Of a stretch of DNA of 64,000 bases, positions 51,748 through 60,784 are shown one piece after another. Source of the DNA: Lautropia sp. GTDB lineage: Bacteria > Pseudomonadota > Gammaproteobacteria > Burkholderiales > Burkholderiaceae_E. The DNA is taken from assembly GCA_050249335.1 (NCBI GenBank), contig JBFWQR010000007.1, forward strand, positions 20,943 through 84,942. The letters are read 5' to 3'. The notes beneath the pieces were generated by a model, which was given only the letters and a program-made list of their open reading frames with translations, ran no database searches and had not been told where the DNA came from. The position numbers and the translations under genes are program-made. Position 1 is the first letter of the stretch. Each line of letters begins with the position of its first letter.

Positions 51748-52668
51748 TCAGGCTCGCTGATGGTGAAACTCGATCTGGAAGCCGTCCGGGTCCTCGACGC
51801 AGAGTTCGCCGTCGTTCATCCAGGCTCGATGGCCGAGCCCGGCGATCCGCGTCGCGACGTCCGGCAGGTCGTGCGGCTCGGCCAGCGCGAACCGGAAGCT
51901 GCGGAGCCCGACGGGTTCGCCGTCGGCGGCTTCGGACAGCGTGATGTCCGTGCGGCCGATGGCGCCGGCCAGGCGCACGTCACGGTGACCACCGACGTTT
52001 CGCTCGCCGACCCGGTCGAGGCCCGCGACCGATGTGAAGAACTCGGCCATCTCGTCGAACCGGCGTGTGGCAAAGCGCGTCCCGGTGAGATGGCTGGGAT
52101 GCAGCGGCGCGCGCTCCACGCGGCGCACGCGAAAGCCGTCGTTGTAGTTGTGCGCGTCGCTCGGCGGCTGCGCCAGCGGGTCCCACTCGCCGGTGACTTC
52201 GTCTTCGTTGGCGAGGTTGTAGATACGTTCCCAGTCGCGCATCTGGTCGGCATAGAACTCGTGGCCGTTGCCGTCCGGGTCGTTCAGGTAGACGCTGTGC
52301 GAGATCATGTGGTCGACCGTGCGACCGAGCGGATAGTTCGACGCTCCGGCGCGCCGCAGCGCCTCGACCAGCCGGGCTTCGGTGGCCATCTCCCAGCCGA
52401 GATGATTCAGCCCGACCTGGAGGCCGCGGGTCTTCGGGATCTGCAGCATGCCGTCGCGGCCGTAGCGATCCTTGCCGCGCGAGATCTCGACGATGCCGAC
52501 GTCGTGATGCGTGTTGCCGTTGGAGTGGAAGGCGATCAGGATCGCGCGCTCGCGGCGGACCAGCTCGATGCCGCACACGGACTCGTAGAAGTCGACCGAC
52601 TTCTCGAGGTCCGACACCCAGAGGTTGACGTGGCCCAGTCGACGGGGCCGGAAACTCACGTTGGTCAC
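51748..52668 (-). CDS. Two-domain VOC family protein (extradiol dioxygenase/glyoxalase-like)
   Basis: LGHVNLWV, LNHLGWE, SVYLNDPDGNGHEFY, C-terminal DPDGFQIEF; GTG start. Confidence 0.8.
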   Translation of the reverse strand: MTNVSFRPRRLGHVNLWVSDLEKSVDFYESVCGIELVRRERAILIAFHSNGNTHHDVGIVEISRGKDRYGRDGMLQIPKTRGLQVGLNHLGWEMATEARLVEALRRAGASNYPLGRTVDHMISHSVYLNDPDGNGHEFYADQMRDWERIYNLANEDEVTGEWDPLAQPPSDAHNYNDGFRVRRVERAPLHPSHLTGTRFATRRFDEMAEFFTSVAGLDRVGERNVGGHRDVRLAGAIGRTDITLSEAADGEPVGLRSFRFALAEPHDLPDVATRIAGLGHRAWMNDGELCVEDPDGFQIEFHHQRA

Positions 52669-53381
52669 TTGATGCTTCCCAGGAGATTTTCGGCGGCGGC
52701 CTTGCTGCGCAATCCCTTGAGCAGCCGCCGGGCGGTGCTCTCGACGTGCTGCCGACTCAGCTCCGCCAGGCCGGCGGCGTCGCCCGCGCGCAGCGCCTCG
52801 AGCATCTCGCGATGCTCGCGCGCGGCGGCTTCGGCGTTGCCGGTCAGGTCGATCTCCACGCTGACGTAGGGTTCGACGGTGCTGCGCAGCGTGCCCGCGA
52901 TGCGGCTCAGGCGCTTGCGGCGCGTGCATTCGATGATGCGCAAGTGGAACTCGTAGTTGAGCAGCGTCCAGCGGCTGCGGTAGTCGGGCGCCTTGGGGTC
53001 GAGCTGCTCCATCACGACCACCAGCTTCTCCACTTCGACGACGTCGGCGGGCGTGCGCGAGAGCGCGGCGATGCGGCCGGCGTGCTCCTCAATCAGCATT
53101 CGCAGGTCGAAGACCTCGACGATCTCGGCCTGGTCCAGCGCGGTGACGGCGTAGCCGCGGCGCGGCCGCGACTCGATCAGTCCGTCGGCTTCGAGCTGGC
53201 TCAGGGCCTCGCGCAGAGGAACCCGGCTGACGTTGAAGCTGCGCGCGAGTTCTTCCTGCCGCAGCACCTGGCCTGCCTGCAATGTGCCGACGAGAATGCT
53301 CCCGCGCAACCGCTCGTACAGCATGCGCGGCAGCGTCGGCGTCGACGGCGATGGTTCAAATTCCGTGGATACCGTATCCAA
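52665..53381 (-). CDS. GntR family (FCD) regulator
   Basis: EELARSFNVSRVPLREAL wHTH; FCD NYEFH and EHREML; TTG start uncertain. Confidence 0.92.
   Translation of the reverse strand: MDTVSTEFEPSPSTPTLPRMLYERLRGSILVGTLQAGQVLRQEELARSFNVSRVPLREALSQLEADGLIESRPRRGYAVTALDQAEIVEVFDLRMLIEEHAGRIAALSRTPADVVEVEKLVVVMEQLDPKAPDYRSRWTLLNYEFHLRIIECTRRKRLSRIAGTLRSTVEPYVSVEIDLTGNAEAAAREHREMLEALRAGDAAGLAELSRQHVESTARRLLKGLRSKAAAENLLGSIK
53366..53380. promoter_or_regulatory. Inverted repeat overlapping the GntR start
   Basis: TGGATAC-C-GTATCCA. Confidence 0.55.
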
Positions 53382-53405
53382 TCTCCTGCCTCTTCCTTTC
53401 TTGTC

Positions 53406-54221
53406 CTAGCCGACGCCCGGCCCGTGCTTGACCATGAACCCGATGCTGACGCTGAGGAACTCGTCCTTGACCTGGAACAGCGGCAGATGCCCCGCATTGT
53501 CGAAGATGACAAGCTCGGAGTTCGGGATGCGTTCGTGCATCAGGCGCGATGCGGCGGGCTGCGTCGTGCGATCGGCCGAGCCCACGGTGATCAGGGTCGG
53601 CGCCGTGATTAGGTGCAGCCGGTCGCGCGCCTCGTGCGCCTGCGCCGCGGCGTTCTGGCCGGACAGACCCGGTTCGGTCCCCGGATAGGGATTGGCCAGC
53701 TCGCGGCGCTTGAACTCCTCGACGCGCTCGGGATGTTCATTGACGAACTCGGGCGAGAAGAAGCCGATGATGCGCGTCGTGAGGTCGAGTTCGCGGTCGC
53801 CGGAAACCATGATGCGCCGGCGCATCGCGATCCAGTTCTGCTGGTACTCGGTGCGTCCGCCCGCGAACGACGAGTGCAGCGACAGCGTCAGCAGCCGGTC
53901 CGAAAACCCGACGCCGAGCTCGACGCCGACGGCGCCGCCGAGCGACCAGCCAGCGAAGTGCGCGCGCTCGATGCCGGCGTGATCCATCAACGCTACCATG
54001 TCGGCCGCGAGGTCGCGGATGCCGAAACCAGGCAACGCGGCTTCGCTGCGGCCGCAACCGCGCATGTCGGGCACCAGCACGCGGAAGTGGCGGCGGTACA
54101 CGTCGACGCACTCCTGCCAGCTGCCGCCGTGCGTGCCGAAGCCATGCAGCAGGATCAGCGGCGGGCCGGCGCCCGTCTCTTCGAAGTGAAGCCGAAGTCC
54201 CGAGGAGGTGTAGTTAGACAT
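53406..54221 (-). CDS. Alpha/beta fold hydrolase (PcaD/RutD-like)
   Basis: LLHGFG, GWSLGG nucleophile elbow, GSADR, AGHLP. Confidence 0.88.
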   Translation of the reverse strand: MSNYTSSGLRLHFEETGAGPPLILLHGFGTHGGSWQECVDVYRRHFRVLVPDMRGCGRSEAALPGFGIRDLAADMVALMDHAGIERAHFAGWSLGGAVGVELGVGFSDRLLTLSLHSSFAGGRTEYQQNWIAMRRRIMVSGDRELDLTTRIIGFFSPEFVNEHPERVEEFKRRELANPYPGTEPGLSGQNAAAQAHEARDRLHLITAPTLITVGSADRTTQPAASRLMHERIPNSELVIFDNAGHLPLFQVKDEFLSVSIGFMVKHGPGVG

Positions 54222-54229
54222 GATGGTTT

Positions 54230-55114
54230 CTAGCCCGTCCGTCCGCGCGCGCCGAGCAGTCCCGCCGGGCGCAACAGCAGCACGATCACGATCACGACAA
54301 AGGGAATGAGCGTCGCCGCCAGCGTCCCGACGACGTAGGATCCAAAGCTCTCGATCAGCCCGAGCATCAGCGCACCGACGAACGCCCCCGGCATGCTGCC
54401 CAGTCCGCCGAGGATAATGATCACGAACGCGCGGATCGAATACTCGAGGCCCATGTCCGGGTACACCGCGTACATCGTGGCCAGCATCATGCCGGCCGCG
54501 GCGGCCATCGTGGCGCCGATGCCGAACGCCACCGCGTGGACGTGGCGCGCGCGAACGCCGCACGCCGCGGCGAGATCCTTGCTCTGCGCGGTGGCGCGAA
54601 TGGCCATGCCGATGTCGGTGCGATGCAGCAGCGCGAACATGCCGGCCGTGATCGCGACCGCGGTGGCGAACGCCGCGGTCCTGGAGCGCGAGACGAGCAG
54701 CTCGCCGACCATCCACGAGCCCTGCAGCAGCGGCACGGCCTTGTAGTCGGCACTCCACAGCACCCGGGCGAGCGCGGCCAGCGACAGCGACAGGCCGTAG
54801 GTCAGGATCAGCGAGCTGTCCTCGATCGGCATCCGGCTGCCGTCGAGGCGCCGCACGACGAAGTACTGGAACAGATAGCCGCAACCGAAGAACACCGGGC
54901 CCAGCAGCAATAGGGCGAACACGGGGTTGAGCCCCGCGAGCTGCCAGACCCAGAACGCCGCGAACGCGCCCATCATCAGCACCTCGCCGTGCGCCATGTT
55001 GAGCACGCGGATGACGCCGAAGATGACGTTCAGTCCCAGCGCCAGCAGCGCGTAGACGCCTGCCAGCAGCAGCCCGTTGACGGTGAGCTGGCCGATGAGA
55101 CTGAACTGGTCCAC
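54230..55114 (-). CDS. Branched-chain amino acid-type ABC permease (LivH-like)
   Basis: LGLNVIFGV..VLNMAHGE, GMAIRA, GGLGSMPGA. Confidence 0.9.
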   Translation of the reverse strand: MDQFSLIGQLTVNGLLLAGVYALLALGLNVIFGVIRVLNMAHGEVLMMGAFAAFWVWQLAGLNPVFALLLLGPVFFGCGYLFQYFVVRRLDGSRMPIEDSSLILTYGLSLSLAALARVLWSADYKAVPLLQGSWMVGELLVSRSRTAAFATAVAITAGMFALLHRTDIGMAIRATAQSKDLAAACGVRARHVHAVAFGIGATMAAAAGMMLATMYAVYPDMGLEYSIRAFVIIILGGLGSMPGAFVGALMLGLIESFGSYVVGTLAATLIPFVVIVIVLLLRPAGLLGARGRTG

Positions 55115-55133
55115 CTCGATCTCTCTCGCGCGA

Positions 55134-56333
55134 TCAGGAGCGCTTGTCCCACGGCGGAAGCGTGGTCACCATCTGCGCGGTGGCGATGCTGGACGGCGTG
55201 ACGATCTGCCGCTTGCCGCCCTGCCACTGCACGGTGCCCAGCGTCTGGCCGATCTGCCGTCCGGTCGCGGCGTCCACCTTGAACCGCCCGGGCAGCAGCG
55301 TCTCCATGTCGAGCTTGAGGAAGGCCTCCCGAATCTTCTCGTTGTCCATCGCGCCGGCAGACTTGACCGCCGCCTCCAGGAGCTGGCCGCCGACCCAGCC
55401 GAAGCCGGACTGCACGTCGGGTTCGTCCTTGTACGCCGCGCGCCACTTGGCCGTGAATTCCTTGCTCACCGCCTTCTGGTCGACCGGCTCCCAGAGGTAG
55501 TCGGACATCACGCCCTCGGCGTCGCCCTTCAGCGCGGTGTGGAAGTCGTCCTTCAGCGGTCCGGGGCTGAGCGCGAGCGCCTTGGGCAGCACGCGCGCCT
55601 CCTTCATGTTGCGCACGATCAGCATCGAGTCCGGCAGCTGCGCGCCGCCGACAATGAGATCCGGCTTCGCAGTGCGCAGCTTGAGCATCAGGCTGGACAG
55701 GTCGGTCGCGTCGATGGGGAACTCTTCCTTGAGCACGACTTCGCGGTTGTACTTCTTCGCGAGCGCTTCGCAGGCGCCGCCCACGCTCTTGGCATACAGG
55801 TCGGACGAATGCACGATCGCCACGCGCTGGTAGCCCGCGCGGCTGGCCACGTCGTCCAGCAGCGGCTCGAAGATGCCGGCGATCGGCGGAAAGAGCTGGA
55901 AGATGTACTTGTACCCGCGCGTGAAGATCGAATCGCTCGCCGCGGAGGGCAGCAGCATCGGGATCTTGTATTTCTCGGTCACTGCCGACGCGGCGAAGCT
56001 CGCCGCGCTGCCGTAGGGGCCGAGCACCATGTCGACCTTGTCTTCGGTGATGAGCTTCTCGTAGAGACGCGCGCTGGTGCCGGCGTCGCTGCGATCGTCG
56101 AAGATCAGGAACTCGACGCGGCGGCCGAGCAGGCCGCCGCGAGTGTTGACTTCGCGCGCCCACAACTCGTAGCCGCGCTTGACCTTGTCGCCCGACGCCG
56201 ACAGCGTGCCGGTCAGCGAGAGCGAGGCGCCGATGCGCAGCGGGCGCTGCTGGGCGAAGACGCTGCCGCCGACCGCGGCGGCAACGGCGCCCATGGCGGA
56301 ACCGATCAGGGTGCGACGTTTCAGGATGTCCAT
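55134..56333 (-). CDS. Branched-chain amino acid-type ABC substrate-binding protein
   Basis: RR signal; IGASLSLTG, NTRGGLLGRRVE, LGPYGS. Confidence 0.9.
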   Translation of the reverse strand: MDILKRRTLIGSAMGAVAAAVGGSVFAQQRPLRIGASLSLTGTLSASGDKVKRGYELWAREVNTRGGLLGRRVEFLIFDDRSDAGTSARLYEKLITEDKVDMVLGPYGSAASFAASAVTEKYKIPMLLPSAASDSIFTRGYKYIFQLFPPIAGIFEPLLDDVASRAGYQRVAIVHSSDLYAKSVGGACEALAKKYNREVVLKEEFPIDATDLSSLMLKLRTAKPDLIVGGAQLPDSMLIVRNMKEARVLPKALALSPGPLKDDFHTALKGDAEGVMSDYLWEPVDQKAVSKEFTAKWRAAYKDEPDVQSGFGWVGGQLLEAAVKSAGAMDNEKIREAFLKLDMETLLPGRFKVDAATGRQIGQTLGTVQWQGGKRQIVTPSSIATAQMVTTLPPWDKRS

Positions 56334-56345
56334 GGAATCACTCCG

Positions 56346-57452
56346 TCACAGGTTGAACAGGCGGGTGGTGTTGCCGCCCACGACTAGCTGCTGGGCGGCG
56401 GGCGGCAGCGCCTGCAGCATCTCGGCGAGCCGGCTCTGCGTTTCGATGCCGATCGAGCGCACATGCGGGAAGTCGGAGCCCCACAGCACCTGCGAGTAGC
56501 CGATCTCCTTGAACGCGACCTCGGCGCGCGGGTCGTCGATCATTCCGTGGAAGATCCGCGTGCGCAGGTAGTCGCTCGCCTTGTGATCGAGCGGCGGCAT
56601 CTTGATGTAGTCGCCGAAGTCATCCTGGACCTGGTCGAGCCGGTACATGAAGTGCGGCAGCCACGACAGTTCGTACTCGCCGCACAGCACCTTGAGCGTC
56701 GGAAAGCGGTCGAGGATCCCGCCGAAGATGAAGTCGTTGCCCAGCGTGCTCTGGATTTCGTTCCAAACCTTGAGCATCGCGCGCGGCGCCTGCTTGTACT
56801 GCTCCTCGTCGTGGAAGTACACCAGCGGATCGATCTCCTGGCCCGTGATGATGTGGAGGATCACCGGCTGGTCGAGCTCCTGGCAGACGGCCCAGAATCT
56901 GTCGTAGCTGCGGTCGACGTACGGCCGGGCCGACGGCGGCGGCGTGACGTTGACGAGGCATCCGCGCAACCCGCGGTTGGCGGTCCGGCGCAGCTCGGCG
57001 ACGGCCCAGTCGATGTCGTGCACTGGAATCACGCTCGTGCCGATCAGCCGCTTGGGATCAGCCGAACAGAACTCGGCGATCCAGTCGTTGTAGACCCGGC
57101 ACGCGGCCTGCGCGATCTCGGCGTCTTCGACCGTGATGATCTGCGCGCAGATGCTGGGATAGATCACCTCGCCGGCGAGCCCCGCGCGCTTCTGGAATTC
57201 GAGGCGGACGTGCGGATCGAATCCGGACTTGACCAGCAGGTCCTCTTCCGGCGTGCGCTGGTCCGGCGGCGTGTCGCTGACGCCGTACTTGCTGACGTGC
57301 TGGCCGCTGAAGAAGAACTTGCCCTTGCGGCCGCGGTGCTCGGTCAGGGGCCGTGGCGTGCGGTCACCGTACTTCGAGCCCATTGCATCCCACCACAGGT
57401 TCACCGGCTCCCGCACATGTGAGTCGCCGGAGATCACGCGTTCGAACTGCAT
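56346..57452 (-). CDS. Amidohydrolase_2 family protein (decarboxylase/hydratase-like)
   Basis: ISGDSHVRE, VILHI, FPTLK, LWGSDFPH. Confidence 0.85.
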   Translation of the reverse strand: MQFERVISGDSHVREPVNLWWDAMGSKYGDRTPRPLTEHRGRKGKFFFSGQHVSKYGVSDTPPDQRTPEEDLLVKSGFDPHVRLEFQKRAGLAGEVIYPSICAQIITVEDAEIAQAACRVYNDWIAEFCSADPKRLIGTSVIPVHDIDWAVAELRRTANRGLRGCLVNVTPPPSARPYVDRSYDRFWAVCQELDQPVILHIITGQEIDPLVYFHDEEQYKQAPRAMLKVWNEIQSTLGNDFIFGGILDRFPTLKVLCGEYELSWLPHFMYRLDQVQDDFGDYIKMPPLDHKASDYLRTRIFHGMIDDPRAEVAFKEIGYSQVLWGSDFPHVRSIGIETQSRLAEMLQALPPAAQQLVVGGNTTRLFNL

Positions 57453-57462
57453 GCACTTATCC

Positions 57463-58194
57463 TCACGAAGCGGCCGCGGGAACGGCCTGATTGCCGAAGT
57501 AGAGCGATAGGATGTCGCTGCCCTGCGCGAAGGCAGAGGCCGGCTCGTCGCGTACGATGCGACCCATCCGCAGGAAGCACACACGCCGCGCCGCGCGCAG
57601 CGCGAACCGGATGTTCTGTTCGACCAGGATCAGCGTGACGCCGCGCTCGTTGAGCGTTGCGAGCTGGCCCGCGAAGAACGCCAGCGTCTTCGGGTCGAGC
57701 CCGATCGATGGCTCGTCGAGCAGCAGCGCGCGCGGTTCGAGCATCATGGCGCGCGCGAGGCCCACCATCTTCTGCTGCCCGCCGGACAGCGAGTTGGCCG
57801 GCTTGCGGCGGTACGACGCGACGTCCGGATACCGTTCGTACGTGCGCTCCAGCACCTCGCGCCGGCGGCGGCGATCAGGCTCGACGTAAACGCCCATCAG
57901 CAGGTTCTCTTCCACGGTCATCGCCGGAAAGACGAGGTCCGACTGCGGCAGCAGCGCGAGGCCGCGGCGCGCCCGCTCCGCGGCCGGCAGCGTGGTGACG
58001 TCGGCACCGCCGAAGTGGATCTGCCCTTCGCGCGCGCGCAGCAGGCCGGCCATGGTCTTCAGCAGCACGCTCTTGCCCGCGCCGTTCGGCCCGAGCACGG
58101 CAACGACTTCGCCTTGCCGGACCGCGAGGTCGAGCCCGTGCAGCACGTCGAGCTTGCCGTAGCCGGAGCGAACCCCCTGCAGCGTGAACAGCAT
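57463..58194 (-). CDS. ABC ATP-binding protein (LivF-like)
   Basis: GPNGAGKS, LSGGQQKM, LLDEPSIGL. Confidence 0.92.
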   Translation of the reverse strand: MLFTLQGVRSGYGKLDVLHGLDLAVRQGEVVAVLGPNGAGKSVLLKTMAGLLRAREGQIHFGGADVTTLPAAERARRGLALLPQSDLVFPAMTVEENLLMGVYVEPDRRRRREVLERTYERYPDVASYRRKPANSLSGGQQKMVGLARAMMLEPRALLLDEPSIGLDPKTLAFFAGQLATLNERGVTLILVEQNIRFALRAARRVCFLRMGRIVRDEPASAFAQGSDILSLYFGNQAVPAAAS

Positions 58195-58910
58195 CACGCC
58201 TCTCCGAGATACGAGCTGATCACAGCGGGGTCGCGCCGGACCTCGTCGGGGCTGCCGTCGGCGATCAACCTGCCGCGATCGAGCACGAGGATGCGCGGGC
58301 AGAGCGCCATGACCGTCGCGAGGTCGTGCTCCACCAGCACGATGCCGATGCCCTCCTCCGCCAGGTGCGTGACGTGCCGCTGCAGGTCTTCGCAGATCTG
58401 CGGCGCCAAGCCGGCGAACGGCTCGTCGAGCAGGATGAAGCGCGGCCGGCTCATCATCACGCGCGCGAGTTCGACCAGCCGTTGCTGGCCGAACGACAGC
58501 GCATCGGCGGTGCGTGCCGCGAGCTGTCCGATGTTGAGCCGCTTCAGCAGCGTCGTGGCCTCGTCGACCGACGGTACGTCGTCGCTCGTCGCGCCGCGGC
58601 CGATCAGGACGTTCTCGACCACGGTCAGGCTCTTGAACAGCCGGGTCGTCTGGAACGTGCGCGCGATGCCGGCGCGCACGATCTCGTGCGGCCGGCGATT
58701 CGTGAGCCGCAGGGTGCCGAGCGCGACTTCTCCCGCGTCGGCCCGCACGATGCCGGTGAGCACGTTGAACAGCGTGGACTTGCCCGATCCGTTGGGGCCG
58801 ACCAGCCCCGTGATGCAGCCGGGTTCGCACCGCAGCGAGCACCCGTCCAGCACGACGAGGCCGCCAAATTTCTTGCTCAGCCCATCGGCGCGCAGGCTCG
58901 CCGCGCTCAC
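58194..58910 (-). CDS. ABC ATP-binding protein (LivG-like)
   Basis: GPNGSGKS, LSFGQQR, LLDEPFAGL; GTG start. Confidence 0.92.
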   Translation of the reverse strand: MSAASLRADGLSKKFGGLVVLDGCSLRCEPGCITGLVGPNGSGKSTLFNVLTGIVRADAGEVALGTLRLTNRRPHEIVRAGIARTFQTTRLFKSLTVVENVLIGRGATSDDVPSVDEATTLLKRLNIGQLAARTADALSFGQQRLVELARVMMSRPRFILLDEPFAGLAPQICEDLQRHVTHLAEEGIGIVLVEHDLATVMALCPRILVLDRGRLIADGSPDEVRRDPAVISSYLGEA

Positions 58911-59902
58911 GCCGCAGCCTCCTTGTTCGCATCCCGGCGCCGCTTGAACCAGCCCAGCAGTCCGTCGGGCGCGAACAGCACGAGCGCCATCAGCAGCAGA
59001 CCGAATACGAGCTGGTGCAGCGTCGGAAAGTGCGCCCACAGCAACTCGGACAACCCGAACACCAGCACCGCGCCGATCACGGGGCCGAACACCGTTCCCG
59101 CGCCGCCCAGCAGCACCATCACGATCATGCTCACGTTGATGCGCAACGAGAACGCTTCGTCGGGGTTGATGTAGCTGAGGTACCACGCGTAGACGCCGCC
59201 GCAGAAGCCGGGCAGCACCGCGCTCAGCACGAACGCCTTGAGCTTCTCGGCCTGCGTGTCGATGCCCACGGCTTCGGCCGCGAGCTCGTCGTCGCGGATC
59301 GCCTTGAGCTTGCGGCCGAAGTTGCTGCGGTCGATGGCCCAGACGCCGCAGACGGACACGATCGCGGCCAGCGCGAGCGCGAAGTACACCGGCACCAGCG
59401 ACTGCGACGACGGCAGCGACAATCCCTTCCCGCCGCCGGTCCACTCGTCAGCCACGTGCACCGCGATGCGCAGCACCTGGCTGAACGCCAGCGTGAGGAT
59501 CACGAACGCCGGGCCCTTGATCCGCAGCGACGGAAAGCCAACCACGAGCGCGCCCAGCGCCGCCCCGGCCGCGCCAAGGCAGGTCGCGGCGATCCAGTGC
59601 AGGCCCGCGCCGGTGATCAGCAGCGACGAGCAGTATGCGCCGATGCCGAAGTACGCGACATGGCCGAATGTGAAGTAGCCGGTGTAGCCACCGATGAGGT
59701 TCCAGCTGCTGGCGAGCGCGATGTACATGAAGCCCAGCAGCAGGACGGACAACTGGTACGGCGACGCGATCAGCGGCGCGGCCGCGATCAGCGCGCACAC
59801 GGCCAGCATCACGATGACGAGGCGGCGCGACACCCGCCGGTCCTGACTGGAAGCCGGGTCGGACACGAGCGGCAGCACCGCTGCGCCGACCCGGCGACTC
59901 AT
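58907..59902 (-). CDS. Branched-chain amino acid-type ABC permease (LivM-like)
   Basis: GYTGYFTFGHVAYFGIGAY, GRKLKAIRDDE, GGAGTVFGP. Confidence 0.9.
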   Translation of the reverse strand: MSRRVGAAVLPLVSDPASSQDRRVSRRLVIVMLAVCALIAAAPLIASPYQLSVLLLGFMYIALASSWNLIGGYTGYFTFGHVAYFGIGAYCSSLLITGAGLHWIAATCLGAAGAALGALVVGFPSLRIKGPAFVILTLAFSQVLRIAVHVADEWTGGGKGLSLPSSQSLVPVYFALALAAIVSVCGVWAIDRSNFGRKLKAIRDDELAAEAVGIDTQAEKLKAFVLSAVLPGFCGGVYAWYLSYINPDEAFSLRINVSMIVMVLLGGAGTVFGPVIGAVLVFGLSELLWAHFPTLHQLVFGLLLMALVLFAPDGLLGWFKRRRDANKEAAA

Positions 59903-60528
59903 CTGCCGTCGCGCCACTGAAGACACGAAGATACGCCGGGAACGACGCGGGCAGGCAGGCGGCGCGCCGGGTTCATGTACCCGACCTCGACGACCGCGAC
60001 GACCCGGCCCTCACCGGGGTCGACGCCGACGAGCCGATGAACCTCCGGCGACTCCGGCAGATCGCCGGTGGTGATCAGCGACGACAGCCCGTTGCTGGCG
60101 AGCGAGAGCAGCAGGTTCTCGATCGCCGCGGCGCAGGCGAACTCCTCTTCCTTCGGCTTCACCTTCGGGTTGGAGGTCTGCGGCAGGCACGCCGCGACGA
60201 TCATGACCGGCGCTTCGGTCCCGCGCGCGCGCGCCTGGCGCGTATCGCGCCCGAGCCGGCCGCCGGCCGCCTCGTACGCATCGGCCAGGGACTCGAGACC
60301 GTCTCCGGCAAACGCGAACAACCGCAGCGGCTGCGATCGGTGGTGATTCGGCGCCTGCAACGCATGCCGAACCGCGTCTTCGACGAGGTGCCGGGGCACG
60401 GGTTTGTCCAGGTACGAGTACACGGACCGGCGCGACGAAACGACCGCCTCCAACGCTTGCGCGAGATCGAAATTCGCGACCGGTGCGGCGGCTGATTCCC
60501 CGCCGCCGTGAGCGTCCTGAGACATCAA
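59899..60528 (-). CDS. Nitroreductase family protein
   Basis: SRRSV, ALQAPNH..SQP, IENLLL....GL. Confidence 0.82.
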   Translation of the reverse strand: MMSQDAHGGGESAAAPVANFDLAQALEAVVSSRRSVYSYLDKPVPRHLVEDAVRHALQAPNHHRSQPLRLFAFAGDGLESLADAYEAAGGRLGRDTRQARARGTEAPVMIVAACLPQTSNPKVKPKEEEFACAAAIENLLLSLASNGLSSLITTGDLPESPEVHRLVGVDPGEGRVVAVVEVGYMNPARRLPARVVPGVSSCLQWRDGR

Positions 60529-60538
60529 ACCCCTTTCG

Positions 60539-60689
60539 ATTATGTATACATTCTACGAATATTTGACCGAATCATTCACATGCGCAACCGCGATCTTGGA
60601 GGTTTCAGGAGTGTATTTCGCGACTCTATCTGCGTCAATTATGTATTCAATAACTCACCAACTCTCCTATAAATGATTTTTGAATACAC
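60539..60689. promoter_or_regulatory. AT-rich control region with repeated GTATNCA boxes (GntR-type operators)
   Basis: ATGTATACAT palindrome 60542-60551; ATTATGTATTCAA 60638-60650; TGAATACA 60681-60688. Confidence 0.6.
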
Positions 60690-60784
60690 TTATGGCGAGC
60701 AAGGAAATGGTTCGCGATAGCGTGCGGGCCAATCGACGCACGAGCCGCAAGGGCGCCCCGATGGACGGCACCACTGATGTTCAG

